From: Eledone cirrhosa
Lineage: Eukaryota
Length of the DNA: 64,000 nucleotides
Direction: 5' to 3'
Assembly (NCBI GenBank): GCA_964016885.1
Contig: OZ024740.1
Location: forward strand, 13,702,001-13,766,000
Shown one piece after another: positions 11,938 through 26,002 of this stretch (the first letter of the stretch is position 1; every line of letters begins with the position of its first letter). The position numbers and the translations under genes were made by a program. Below the pieces are notes generated by a model that saw only the letters and a program-made list of their open reading frames with translations, did no database searches and had not been told where the DNA came from.

Positions 11938-13772
11938 AAGCATGGCCAGACAAAACAATGACATAGATGGGTCAATACTGGAAACAGCTCTACAGAAAAT
12001 GACGAATAGGAAATCACCAGGCCTCGACCTCCTAACAAGATACTGGTTGAAGAATTTCACCTTCTATCGGTAAGATCTCAGACAGCTATTTAGAGAAACC
12101 ACCCAAAGGCACACAAGAACTGCCCAAATGGTTATCACCTGCCACTACTCTCCTCATCCCCCAAAATAGCCAGACCACCTTTGCTAAAAATTACCGCCCA
12201 ATAGCCTGCCGCAGCATCATGTATAAATTATACACTGAGTGCCTTAATCTGTTCTTACAGGATCATTGTGCTACCAACAAAATTATAATACCTGAGCAAG
12301 CTGGGGTGAAGATGGAGGTGTGGGGCTGCATAGATCACCTACTAACAAATAAAATGATACAGGAAAAAACAGCAAAGAATCGTAGGAACATGACTGTGGT
12401 GTGACTAGACTATGAGAAGGCTTTTGATAGTGTACCTCATGGGTGGATTATTAAGGCTTTACAGTTAGCCAAAGTCCAACAACCACTAGTAGCTGCTGTT
12501 TGTTGCATGCCTGACCAAGAACTGGTACTCCAATTTGATCCTTAGGAGTGAGATGGAGCAAATAAAGACTGATACAATACACTGCCAGAAAAAAGCCTCG
12601 CATGGAGTTCCGACAAGTTTATGACATCCCACCTTGAAGGATATCTCCATTCAATACGGGAAAAGAAAGAGGAGGGCCATCAGTCGATGAGGAGACACAT
12701 CATACGAGACCAGGAGAGTAACACTAAAGCAACATCTTCAGCAGAAGAAAAAGGTCAGCAACTATCTTCCCCAGGTTTATGAGCACGAAGGAAACAATAT
12801 CATTAGGATAACCAGTGATCTGGAAGAGAGATATGGAATAAGGCCTGATATAACTCTCTCTCCCAGGGAAATTGGAAGATCCTAACCAATGTTCGAACAG
12901 GATAAAATAAATGGATCAAATTACGGACAAAGTTGTGCATGGGTACCTGAGACGAAAAGCACAGACCATAGAGGGGATAAATCATTAAAAAAGCCTAGCA
13001 TGGAGTGCCGACAAGTTTATGACATCCCACCTTGAAGGATATCTCTATGCAATACAGGAACAAGAAATCCCTACCAAATATCTACTACCCAAAAGAGGAG
13101 GGCCATCAGTCGACCATAAATGTAGGCTTTGTAAAACAAAGATCAAAGATGTTAGCCACATTGTTGCCAACTGTAAAAGAATGTCGTCTCGCTACTACCT
13201 CCCCATGAGACACGATGTGATAGCTAGAACCATCTGGAGCACACTTCGGAAAACAAAATTAACAACAAACGAGGAAGAATATGTTGAGACAGATGGCACT
13301 AAAGAATACTGGTGGAACCAGAAAATAAAAACTGCCACCAAATTTAAGCACAACCGGCCTGATATTGTTGTTTGGGACAACACATTGAAAACGTGCTCTG
13401 TTGTAGAGATCAGCTGCCCACTTGATGTAAACGTTGTCAGAAATGTACAAGAGAAGGAGATCTACGAACAATTGATGAGGAGTTTGCAGATCCAGTATCC
13501 AAGATACACTTTCAGCTTCATACCCATCATTATTGGAGCTACAGGTTATATACCAACCCACTTGGACCAAAGTATGACTGAACTTGGATTTGTGGACAAA
13601 GAGCGCAGCTCCCTAACTCATAGACTACAAATGGTTGCGATAGCTGGCGCCTTCAAGATTTGCAAAACATTCTTGCGATTCAAAGGATGACAATTTCTTT
13701 TCTTTCTTTTACAACCTTGCTACCAGGAAGGTGGCCGGTCAAAAATGTACTCGAAATTAAGAGAAAGAGAAA
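11938..13772 (+). mobile_element. RLE-type non-LTR retrotransposon (R4/Dong-like), degraded, 5'-truncated and internally deleted
   Basis: RT N-half motifs KSPGLD, NYRPIAC..MYKLYT, EQAG, LDYEKAFDSVPH. C-terminal CRLC..SHIVANC, RHD, RPDIVVWD, VVEISCP (PD-(D/E)xK nuclease) in ORF 13019-13690. Confidence 0.9.
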
Positions 13773-13799
13773 CATACATGCATACGTACATACCATATA

Positions 13800-13899
<100 letters not shown>

Positions 13900-14498
13900 A
13901 AAATACTGCAGGTAGCACATGGATAACATGTAATAAAATGAGTCCCTCATCAGTGATTTGCCGACGATCATAGATATTTCATTGCATTAAAAATCATATA
14001 CCTCACGTCGGTGCAATAATAACCAAAATAAGTTATTAGGACAATTAAAACGCGTAAAGCGAGTGAGACAGGAGAACAACAAAGAGTATAGCTAACCGTA
14101 GGGGAAAGAAACAAGCTTCAAAATTATTCTGTTTAGCATAAGCTAGGTGAATATATGAGCGCTTTAGAAAAAAGACCTGACACGAACGATGGCCATGTGA
14201 GAAGAGAGAAAAATAGCCTTCGTGGTGTGCAGGATGAAATGAAGAGAGGAGAAACAGTGAGTGAGTGAGTGAAAGTGTGAGGAAGAGTTAACTGACAAGA
14301 CAGAGGGGGCGAAAGAAGGTAGGAGAATAAAGAATTAATATATCTACCGACATATGTATACAGATGCATACCTATGCTAGCAGATATATATGTTTTGTCT
14401 TAGTAACTTTGTAGTTCTATGCAGGGGGATGCAGAACAATTATATGAAAGACGTAAATAAGAAAGTTATGAAAATTGACTTACTTACTAAAATTTCAC

Positions 14499-14573
14499 TC
14501 CAACTAATTAGTTTCTGTAAGGGGATAAATACAGTTACGTAATACCTGTAGAGAAGCCTTACGTCATCAGGGA
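14499..14573 (-). ncRNA. Type-I hammerhead ribozyme
   Basis: TCC-CTGATGA-cGTAAGG...CCTTACa-GAAA-CTAATTAG (palindrome)-TT-GGA. Triplet GUU. Confidence 0.75.
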
Positions 14574-14575
14574 CC

Positions 14576-14611
<36 letters not shown>

Positions 14612-14622
14612 TATATATATAT

Positions 14623-14698
<76 letters not shown>

Positions 14699-14711
14699 AT
14701 ATATATATATA

Positions 14712-15359
<648 letters not shown>

Positions 15360-15402
15360 CGTATGGTTGCTAGGATGCATCCATAGGCGGTATGCCGGTT
15401 GA

Positions 15403-15503
15403 GTATCTGAAGACGTATCTGAGGAACTTGCGAATCCAGAGTCAGGTTCGATCCACAAACAGATCGCACCTCGAGCTGTTCGCTGGAGAAACAATTGTAA
15501 TAT
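15403..15503 (+). ncRNA. Type-I hammerhead ribozyme with extended stem II
   Basis: GTAT-CTGAAGA (15407)...GAAA (15488)-CAATTG (palindrome)-TA-ATAT, then AATAAA. An inverted homologue at 16270-16408 is truncated inside the core. Confidence 0.65.
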
Positions 15504-15552
15504 GTAATAAATTGAGTTCCGATGCATCACTGATTCTACGTTTTCCATTTTA

Positions 15553-15634
<82 letters not shown>

Positions 15635-15637
<3 letters not shown>

Positions 15638-16245
15638 ATAGTTGGGGAGGGTCATATTTGTGTAATATTGCCATAATTAATAACAGAACACACTCACTGT
15701 TTGGTTGGTTTTCGCTTTTCGCTTCTGTGTCTTTAATCTAATTTATTCGGTCCTCAACGTTGCCATTGACTGACCAACGGTCAAAAATAATACAGATACA
15801 ATATAGACACAAACACATATATATAGTTTATCAAAGTTCTTTCGTTGCACATCTGCAACATCGTCAGTGGTGCTATTGTTTCCTCCCGTTACATTGTATT
15901 TTCTACGCCATCTTTATTTATGTAGTCTGTTTATATATTTATTTATTAGTTTATTTTATTTTGTCTTTGCGCATGCGTTTGCGTGTGTGTATAGTGTTTT
16001 GTTTGATGTGTGTTCGTGATTGGGTGACTGTGTATTGGTTAATGTATTCTATCTTTACTAGTGTGTGTTTATATGTGTTTGTTGTTATAGTGCTTGTGTA
16101 TGTATTTATTTATTTATTTATCTATTTATTTATTTATACTTCTCTTAGGTCAGTGTTGTTTGTTTGGGTGTTGTTGTTATTCCATTCATTCTGTATAACA
16201 ATATTTGTTTCGACACACGATTTCATATCAAAAACCTCGCAAAAC
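15635..16245 (-). mobile_element. Longer copy of the 8175-8412 hammerhead-like family
   Basis: 15640-15880 aligns in reverse complement to 8175-8412. Bounded by (TA)n on both sides. Confidence 0.6.
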
Positions 16246-17114
16246 TATATATATATATATATATCACAGAAAAAAAGAGAATCAGTGTTGCGACGAATGG
16301 AATTTATTGAACATATTACAATCGTTTCTCTGGCGACCAGCTCGAGGCACGATCGATGTGATGATCGAACCTGACTCTGAAAATCGCAAGGTCCTCAGAT
16401 ACGTCTTGATTCTACGAAGCAGATTTTCCTTGTCCCTTTATATCGCTATCCTTCGCTTGTCGGCTTAGATCCTGTTGTTGTCATTCTATGAGTGGTCAAG
16501 AATTGTACATGTCATCGATATTTCTAGCGATGGTTGTCCACTATTTGGTTCTTTTCATTCACCACCTGTCAATCAAAGTTTTTCTTGGATCGGAATAACT
16601 ACTGTAGTGGGTAAGGAGTTGTATGCTTGAACTGCTGGCGGCCATTCAACGTCTTCTCTGTCTTTAGGCGCCCTCGTCCATATCGATCACGTCCACACCC
16701 GCAACTGTATTGTATGCGACGATCACCGTAAATAATGATTGGAGGGAATTTTAAAAACAAATTAGAAAAATATTTAACATAACGTTTCAAGAATACCTTA
16801 AAGCGTACATATTTCAAAAATAAAAAAAAACTCTGTACAAAGAACGTTTTTTAAGGAATGCTTGGAACAGCCTTTCAAAAAAAAAAGGTTATTTCGGGGG
16901 TATTTTTGATAAATATACACATATCTACACTCATACACTGTACTCAGGGAAGCGTGTATAGTTAAGACGCTGCACATATATACACAGGTGAAAAAAAAGA
17001 AAAATCTACACATAGACATTCATACCCTCACACAGACATGTTCATACAAATACATCCACCCAGACATGTGTTCACACGTGCATATTTGCGTGGACACACA
17101 TACATACATGTACC

Positions 17115-18046
17115 CGCTATATTGGCTCTCACTTTGAAGGATATGCTTTTGCAATCCAAGAACAGGAGATTAACACGAAATACCTGATTCCCAAAAGAGA
17201 TAGGGATGCAGGCAAAACACCTAGATGTGATAACAAGTGCAGACTCTGCAGAATTAACATCGAGGATATCACCCATGTCATCAGCAGCTGTCCGAAGATG
17301 TCATCGCGGTACTATCTACCTATGAGGCATGATGTAGTGGCCAAAACACTGTACAATGCAGTCCGTAAAAAAGATAGCCCCGATAATAAACACATTAAAA
17401 GCTACAACAATGTGGAAGACATACATATACATAATATGAAAGAGTACTGGTGGAATGTTCCAGTAAACACCCCAATAAAATGCAGGCATAACAGACCAGA
17501 TATTATAATATGGGACAGGGAGAAAAAGGCATGCACAGTAGTGGAAATTAGCTGCCCAGCAGATGCCAATATAATATCAAAGATTAGCGAAAAGGAGAAT
17601 ATCTATGCAGAATAATGAGGTATCTGCAGATACTCCACCCTGATTACACTTTCAGATTTATGCCTGTGATTATTGGGGCACTGGGATATGTTAGTAACTG
17701 CCTCAATACAAATCTTGAGAAGCTGGGCTTCACAGGAACAGAAAGAACACAACTAGTTAGGAAATTACAAGTACAATCCATTAATGGAACAGTAAAAATA
17801 TGTAAAACATTCCAAAAATTTGCATCTAATAACTGCATATACACATGTACAGATACAAAGCATACATGCACACATACAACTCAAAACATCCACATCACAC
17901 ATACAATAACATCCATATCTACACATGCATACATAATCTACCGAGTTGATGTTGTGTAAATTCCAATGAGAGAGTCTTGTGTCTATGTTAGAAACCGACT
18001 CTCTCTCTATTGGGAACAAATTTGTGAAATTATAAAACCAGAAGAA
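17115..18046 (+). mobile_element. Second RLE-type (R4/Dong-like) LINE 3' fragment, different subfamily
   Basis: SHFEGYAFAIQEQEI..KCRLC..THVISSC..MRHDVVA..HNRPDIIIWD..VEISCP..PVIIGALG. Frameshift at ~17615. Ends in (CATA)n. Confidence 0.92.
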
Positions 18047-18072
18047 CATACATACATACATACATACATACA

Positions 18073-18108
<36 letters not shown>

Positions 18109-18133
18109 TATACATACAAACATACACACATAC

Positions 18134-18187
<54 letters not shown>

Positions 18188-18448
18188 GTACATACATACA
18201 TATGTATACATACGTGTGTATACAGTCTGTGCATATATACATGTGTATCCATACATGTGTATATATACATGTGTATCCATACATGTGTATACATACATAT
18301 GTATATATATATATTTATTTGCGTGTGTGAATATGTAGTGGAGTACATTCATGTATGTGTATGTATGTACGTTGTATGTTTGTGTGAATGTATGTATGTG
18401 TGTATATATATGTGTGTGTGTATGTGTATGCTTGTACACACACATGTG

Positions 18449-18504
<56 letters not shown>

Positions 18505-19016
18505 TGTGTACATGTATATATATGTGTGTGTGTGTATGTGTGTCTGTATATGTGTGTGTGTGTGTGTGTATGTATGAATGTATGTATGTGTATATGTGTG
18601 TATATATGTGTATGTGTGTGTAGGTGTACGCTTTATATATATATATATATATATGTGTGTATATGTATGTGTGTATGCGTACATTTATATATATGTATAT
18701 ATGTATGTGTGTGTAAGTATGCTTTTGTGTTTTTTTTGTGTGTGTTTGCATGTGTAGTTTTATTTTATTTCTCCTTTCCTTCTCCCTTTTCCAGCCTCAC
18801 TTTCATATAGATTGCATTTTTGTTTTTAGAATCCATATTCAATAAACAAACCAGGATTTTTCATTCTGAGGATTGAAAGCAAAACCTTTTGCTTTTAAGA
18901 AACCACTGGTAAATGGAATAATTGCCTTATGTTGTTTATTACATAATAATAATAATTAAGCTCTGTTGCATACATAGAGCACTCTTTTTTCCTGGACTTT
19001 TCCGATGGAATTACTT

Positions 19017-19074
<58 letters not shown>

Positions 19075-19081
19075 CATGTGT

Positions 19082-19144
<63 letters not shown>

Positions 19145-19904
19145 TGTGTCTACACATACATGTATATATATACATGTGTATACATGTATATATATACATG
19201 TGTATACATGTGTAGAGTTCAAGTGACGACTAATCATGTCCGATTAATGAATTTCATTTTAACTTGCTCTCTCTCTATCTCTCTGTCTCTGACTCTCTCT
19301 CTCTCTCACTCTCTCTCTCTCTCTCTCCCTCTCTCTCACCCCCTCTCTCCCCACTTCCCGTATCTTTTCCTTTTCTGTGTTCCCCTCTGCCCCCCCACTC
19401 AATCGCCCCCTCTCCCCCCTCTCTCTGCCCCCTCTCCCCCTCTCTCTCCCTCTATTTCTTTCTCTCTCACTCTTCTCCCCCCCCCCTCGTCCCTATCTCC
19501 CCCTCCTCCTTCTCACTCCTCTCTATCTATCCACCTCTGTCTCTCTCTCCTCCTTCTCTCACATTCTCTTTAAAAACTTTAATATCTTTAATCTTAGTTG
19601 TTGATAGATCAAAGATAAGATTCATCAAAGTTATCTTGTTTAATTCAACGTTTCAATCGTCACACATCATCATTATCGCCATTTTTTCTTGATTTTTTTC
19701 TATCTTAAATAATTAAAAATTACACATTGTACAAGGAATATTAAACAGGGTATATTTTGCTGTTTTAAACGATAGTTTTATTTTATATCCCCCGTGGTTC
19801 CCTGCCAATAAATTAGAAAGCGGAGAAATAAAAAAAACTGGGTGATGTTTCTACTTAATGAGAATTATTCAGTTGCGGGCAATTCACTTTTAAATGGATC
19901 TCCA

Positions 19905-20238
19905 CCGGTTTCGGCGATGAGTGGTCCAGTTGTTGGATCGACTTAACCACCTTCACGTTAAATTACCGTGTTGGTGGTTGAGTATTCCACAGTCAGGTTT
20001 ATATTTAACATAATTATCTTGCGTGAGGCAATATGTGACAAGGTTGGACCTTTTAATTAGAAGTAAACTCCATCTTGTATTCCACAGACACGTGGACGCT
20101 TAATGTTATTATGCGAGAGATTCGGTGTGACACAATGTGTGGCCAAGCCGGACCTTTCTATGGCAGATACAATTAACCCAATTTCCTAATTTTACAAGGC
20201 CCAGGTAACAAGTGGAATCGAACTCGGAACCTCATGAT
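19905..20238 (-). mobile_element. Degraded tRNA-derived SINE(s) of a second family
   Basis: Minus-strand GAGTTCGATTCCAC B-box at ~20212-20226. Internal duplicated TATTCCACAG and TGTGACA motifs. Confidence 0.45.
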
Positions 20239-20240
20239 TA

Positions 20241-20352
20241 TAATAATAATAATTGTTTCTACTTTTGGCACAAGGCCAGCAATTATCCCAGTGTATTACT
20301 GGTACTTTATTTTATCGACGCCGTAAGGATGAAAGGCAAAGTTAACCTCGGC
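20241..20352 (-). mobile_element. SINE 3' part directly downstream of the Tx1 tail
   Basis: Same family as 7530-7664. Confidence 0.85.
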
Positions 20353-23300
20353 AATAATAATAATGCTTTCTTTATTAACCACAAGGGTTGACACACAGTA
20401 TAACATTAAGGACAACACAGGACAGTACATATGGGCATTTCTGCGTGTAAAAAAACAAAAACAGCGTCTGACAAAAGGAAACAATGAAAAATTCCCAAAA
20501 GGGGGGAGACCTCCGGGGGTTGCTCGTGGAGAAAGCCCACAAGAAAAGCCACGGTTACCTCTAGGGCAAATGCCCTCTTCCAGTTTTCCTCCTACAATCC
20601 TACAGGCACACGCTCAGGGTAGACCCATTCATACGGGCCATTCTTGCCTCTCTCACCCACCTTTCAACAAACTGGCTGGAGGTCAGCACTTCCCTCTCCA
20701 CCCTGATTTTCCTCTTCAGGTGAAACCTGAAAAAGTTAATGAGGGCGTCACCGAAGAGGAAAGTACCGGTCTTCAACCCTCTCAGACGTGTCCACCATAC
20801 AATCTCTTTTACCATGGCCACCAGGCAGATAAAAACTGCCTGTCCTTCTCGGCTAAAGGAAGGCAGCGGGGAAACCTCCACGATGGACTCAGCTGATAGC
20901 CGAATCCGTTCTACACGTGACAGCAGGTGTTCGGCATAAACCCACAAGTCAGCAATGCTCGGACACTGGACGAGTGCGTGCAGGACGGTTTCATCGCCCT
21001 GCGCGCATCTCGGACAGGCTCGGCTGACGGCACTTCCATGCCTGTAGAGTTTATCCCGAACTGGCAAGGCTCCTCGGTAGCACTTCCAGGCCAGGGATTT
21101 CTAGAAGTTGTCCATGGGCCTCGGCCCGAAAGTTCTCCCGAAGAGATTCGCTAGTTGGTTTTCGTCGACGCCTAGAGTCTCCCCAAGGACATCGTTGCTC
21201 TTTCCTTCCACTAATCCTCTATAGAAAGCCAAGGAGGAGTTTCCAGCGATTGTATTGCTCGACTGGTCGAGAGCTGTAAGCGCCTGAAGACATTCCAGTC
21301 TCAAAGCGCTTCTTCTCGGTCTTCGCTTGACGCAGGACTGCAGCTCCACCAAGGAGACAAGCTGGGGAAACATGTGTCTAACAAAGGGCGACCACACCTG
21401 ATCACCGTCGAGGAAGAGGTGGAGATGCCGTAGTCCGAGCGCATGTCGGCGCATCATCAGCCTCGGCATGCCCAGCCCTCCGCGTAGCGGGGGTTGACAG
21501 CAGATGGACCGCCTGACCATCGGAGCACGTCCCTTCCACAAAAAGCGAAAGAGCAAAAGCTCCAGTGCGGTTAGCCGAGGCATAGGACAAGGCACGACGG
21601 TCAGGCGGTAGTAGTATCCGCTAATCCCACACAGCGTGCATCTAAGATCCCGTTCCAGTCGCCCACTAATACTAGCGGGACGTTCCAAGAAAGGACTCCA
21701 GACGTCGGAAGAATTGAGGCCGTCCTGCTCCTGATGGGGCTAAGGCGGCCACTTGCCTGAAAGCTTGTCCTTCTCCGCTGGTCACGTCCAGTACCACCAA
21801 CTTACCCTCTGTGTCCAAGAAGAGATCCAGACTTCTCCGGAACATCTGGCCCCCCCCCCCCCCAAAAAAAAAAATCCGGGACGGCTTGGCGATGTGTACC
21901 CCTCGTAGCCGCCGAAAATGGGTGCGAATGCCCGTTCCTCGGAGATTCTGGTCTCGCTGATGGCCACCACATCTATGTTTAGCGACCTGAGATCGTTCAG
22001 CAGGTGGCCCTGCTTCCAAGTCGACCCCAGGCCACGTGCATTTATGCTACCTATTCTGAGAGAAGCCATGTTGGCTAGGATAGGAGGAAAAAAAGTTAGA
22101 GGGGAGAGGTACAAAAATTACCTGTGGCTCTTTTTTAGGAAGGGGGTGGGTGATCCATCCCCCCGACCATTGGTGGGTTTCTCCACGAGAATATCCGTGA
22201 ATATTCTTTTGGTGATGTTTCTTTGGTAGTCTCCAATTGATGTGGGGAACATTATTTTTAATGTTATGTAATTTTTTGTGTGATTTCTATTATTTCTATG
22301 TGTGTGGGGGGAGGGAGGGGGTGCAATTTTGGTGGTTTGTACGTAGTTTGTTTCTGTGATGTGGGTGTGGTGCTGAATGTAATTTAAAAGCTTTGTGTTG
22401 TCTGTGTCTATGGTTGTGTATTGTGTCTGCTGTTGGGGTGCTGGTGCTTTCTGTGTTTGCTGTGGTGTTGTTGGAGGCGACGATGGGGAAGATGCTAAGG
22501 GTGGCGGTGGTGGTGATGGCGGTGGTGGTAGTGGCGGTGGTGTTTGTGGTGGTGGTGGTGATGGTGTAGGTGGTTGTGGGGGTGTGGCTGTTGATGGTGG
22601 TGGAGGAGGTGGAGTAGTTTTCGATTTCTTTTTTTGTAGGGTTCTTTCTTCCTATTTTTTATGGGGAGGGGGGTGGGGGTGAAAGTAGGGAGTTCTTCCT
22701 TTTTATGTTGGAATAGTTCTCCATTCTTCGGCCTCATCGCACTCCTTGTACGATTTAGCTATATCAGGAAGGAGTATGCTTTCCATTGGTTCTGTGGGTG
22801 GTGGAAGAGATGGTGCTTTTGTTGTTGGGGATGGTGATTTCTCTTCTGCCACTGTGGTCTTTGTTTGTTTGTCCGCTCCTGTTGCGGGGCACAGCGTGGG
22901 GAGAAGGGGTGGGCGCGTGCCTGTTTTGGTGAGTTTGGGGAAGAATGCCTTAAGGTGTGTCTTGTCACCGCATCCATGACACCTTGGGCGCCTACCTTCA
23001 ACAGTCACGGGTAGACGGCTGCCGTCGTCCAGGTCTATTACATCGGGGATGGCCTCAATGCTCTCATGGTTTGTTTGGATGATTAGCTCCATCCCCGACC
23101 CTGTCCAATTTTCCTGTCTTATTCGCATGGCGTTGAGTGTAGTTGTTGAATCCTCAACGCCAGCGAGGACGGCCGCCGTCAACCACGCCATCTCCACTGA
23201 GGGCGGAACCTGGGCCACTCGAACCCTCACGACTCTCTGGCCGCAGTATGTGGGCATCATTATGATTTCGTCACTGCGGAGTGGTGCAATGGAGTGCGCT

Positions 23301-23483
23301 CTGGCTTCTTCTGGTGTAAATAAAAGCCAATTTAGCCTTCAAGGGCGCGAGATACAGTTAAAAAACCCACCTCCTTTGACAGAGGGGTTCTTTAACTACA
23401 CACTGATGTAAAAATATATTATTAGAACTTTCGATAACTCATAAAAATTCACTAACTTACTCCGCCGTAGTTACCGCCGTCTC
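20353..23483 (-). mobile_element. L1/Tx1-type LINE, copy 2, 3.1 kb, internally deleted (no RT domain)
   Basis: Partial ORF1 (VEGRRPRCHGCGDKTHLKAFF). ORF2 starts MASLRIGSINARG at ~22069. The EN domain joins YYRLTVVPCP directly at ~21620. C-terminal ACPRC..ETVLHALVQC, stop at 20600, AATAAA and (ATT)n tail. Confidence 0.92.
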
Positions 23484-23670
23484 ATAATAATAACAACAAA
23501 TAATAATAATTGTTTCTACTTTTGGCACAAGGACAGCAATTATCCTAGTGTATTACTGGTACTTTATTTTATCGACCCCGTAAGGATGAAAGGCAAAGTT
23601 AACTTCGGTGGGATTTGAACTCAGTCCGTAAAGGGACGTAACTGTGCTGCAAAGCATGGCGCCCGATGTA
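23484..23670 (-). mobile_element. SINE with (ATT)n tail directly upstream of the Tx1 5' end
   Basis: Same family as 7530-7664. Confidence 0.85.
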
Positions 23671-23675
23671 AAAAA

Positions 23676-24361
23676 TAATAATAATAATAACAATAATGAA
23701 ATGATTGTGTACAGTGTTCAGGTGCACTACAACTCATCAAAGGTGCATGTATAGTACATAGAATAATATACAAATGTAAGGGAAGTGAATAGTGTATGAG
23801 TGATGATATACATGTGTGCGTGTGTATGGAGGGGGAACATTAGGTGTAGTGTTGGCGAATCTCAGGAAGCATGGAGGTTTTAAAGGATGCAGTGTCTCGA
23901 CAGCTAACAACTGATGCAGGTAGTTTGTTCCATGCTTCAGCAACTCTGAGCATGAAAACATGTTTCCGAAAGTCATGGAAGCTGTGCTGTTTTCTGACCC
24001 TGTAGGCATGCCCACGTGTGTTAGACACATGAAAATCAAAAAGGTGGTCAGGGTTGTTGTTGGAAAGATGGTTAATAATTTTGTGGGTGTTTACCAAGTC
24101 AGTTGTCAGACGTCGGAGTTTCAATGTATCCATGCCAAGGGAAACAAGGCGTTCAGAGTATGGCAGATGCCCGATGGAGGGTATTCGTTTGGTTGCACGT
24201 CTCTGAACAGTTTCCAGGAGGTCAATGTTCTGAGCAAGATAGGGGTTCCAGACTGGTGATGCAAATTCTAAGTGTGGCCGCATCATAACTATATACAGCT
24301 TTAAATAGATAGCTGGAGAGTGGTTGACAAAGGTCTTGCTGAGTGATGCTAAGACACCCAT
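23676..24361 (-). mobile_element. CR1/L2-group LINE 3' fragment
   Basis: LYIVMMRPHLEFASPVWNPY..LETVQRRATKRIP..YSERL..TRGH..RVAEAWNKLP, then a 3' UTR and (ATT)n tail. Confidence 0.92.
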
Positions 24362-24396
24362 TATGAAACGAACTCCATTTGGTCAGGCTGAACTCA

Positions 24397-24465
24397 TACG
24401 AGGGTGGACTGAAAAGTTCATAGGGTGACTATAAAGGAGTGATGCTAGAGCTGTGGAATCTTATC
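24397..24465 (+). mobile_element. Mariner-type TIR fragment
   Basis: TA-CGAGGGTGGACTGAAAAGTTC resembles the TIR at 35805. Confidence 0.5.
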
Positions 24466-24477
24466 TTATACATGTTA

Positions 24478-24700
24478 TATTCTCTTCTGACGCACGATTC
24501 ACAATCGATTAGCTCATTGTACCATCGATCACAATCCAGCTTGACTAGAATCGATTGCTTCTCAGATGCAATGTCTTATAATAGTAGTGTTTTCTTTCGA
24601 TCATTATAGTCTGTGGAGCAATCGATTCCAGAGTCAGGCGAAAGCGTGATCGATCGCATCTTGAGCTGATCGATTGCGAATCTCACGTCACCTGAGAATA
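24478..24700. repeat. Fold-back element related to the 7664/15400 hammerhead family
   Basis: TATTCTC..TGACG..AATCGATTAGCTCA pairs with TGAGCTGATCGATT..CGTCA..GAGAATA. The right arm resembles 7790-7870. Confidence 0.65.
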
Positions 24701-24769
24701 AATCATGTTAAATTGATTCTTCGTTTCCGCCTGCTTATTATTAGTACTCAACATTACGGCTACTAACAT

Positions 24770-24990
24770 CCGGACGCCATGCTTTGAAGCATAGAGTTAC
24801 CTCCCTTTATGATGTGAGTTCAAATCCCGCCGAGGTTAACTTTGCCTTTACGGGGTCGATAAAATAAAGTACCAGTAAAGCACCAGTAATGCCTTGTGCC
24901 AAAAGTAGAAACACTTAATACTCAACAAAGAGTTACGGCCCTTTATGGTCTGATTTCAAATCCCACCGAGGTTAACTTTGCCTAACATCC
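24770..24990 (+). mobile_element. SINE plus a partial tandem copy
   Basis: GAGTTCAAATCCCGCCGAGGTTAACTTTGCC..CCTTGTGCCAAAAGTAGAAACA. Confidence 0.8.
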
Positions 24991-25335
24991 GGTTTTGATA
25001 GCAACGACCAATCCTCCATTGATACCTTTATCTTCGTAATAGCATCGAGTGCTGAAAGTGTTGAACCATCAGTATTTTAACGTTACACAACATATAAGAG
25101 AGTATTGACGGTTGCTGGAAGTATTATGCCTTAACTATAAGAAGGTATGTAATTGGAAGGCTGTGACAATGCAAGATATGTGCTATGATTTGAGATAGAA
25201 GAAGGTAACAAAGCTGCTCTGTTTTACCTGTTCTTTATTCAAATACGACCTTCATTTTAAAGATAAAATTTGTTCATCAGAAGTCAAAACCATGGGAAAA
25301 TAGAGAAAACGTTTTAGCTTGTATGTGACATCTTT

Positions 25336-25405
<70 letters not shown>

Positions 25406-25419
25406 CGTGTGTGTGTGTG

Positions 25420-25496
<77 letters not shown>

Positions 25497-25580
25497 GTGT
25501 GTGTGTATAAATTTCTCTCTGTTTTTTTAGCCTCTTAGATTGTATTTACCATTATTCCTTTATTATATAACTTTTATGCA

Positions 25581-25646
25581 ATAAACACCTGATGATGTCA
25601 CCAGGGTCTTACGGAACTTGGTCCCTGAAATGTACATAGTATTTGT
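25581..25646 (+). ncRNA. Type-I hammerhead ribozyme in a ~350-bp non-coding element (25507-25855)
   Basis: ATAAACAC-CTGATGA-..ACCAGG/CTTGGT..-GAAA-TGTACA (palindrome)-TA-GTATTTGT, then AATAAA. Homologue at 30500-30780. Confidence 0.75.
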
Positions 25647-26002
25647 AATAATAAATCTTTGAAGGAATTTCACCAGTCCGGCCTCCTGTCATTTTACTAA
25701 ATAATAATTAACTTCGTTCTTGCACCACCAACAAGGTTCAACATAAACGAAGATGGATGAATTGCATAATGTCGAGTGCTTTTCCTAATATTACATCATG
25801 GTTGACTATACGGAATGACTAGTTCTATCCAGTTGTGAACTAACAAACCCAAATGTATATATATATATATATTGTATATATATATATATGTATATATATA
25901 TTTTTTTTTTTTAAGGTTCAATTATGTTAAGCAAAAAGGAAATACTTTAAATGTCTGTGTTGAAGTGTACAGAATGATCAGGTCTTTATAATCACACACA
26001 CA

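Noticed and set aside
13925-13990. CTGATGA on the minus strand at ~13947-13953
   Set aside because: No correctly placed GAAA or stem closure found, so it is not counted as a hammerhead.
20363-20896. 177-aa plus-strand ORF
   Set aside because: Antisense to the Tx1 ORF2 C-terminus and 3' UTR.
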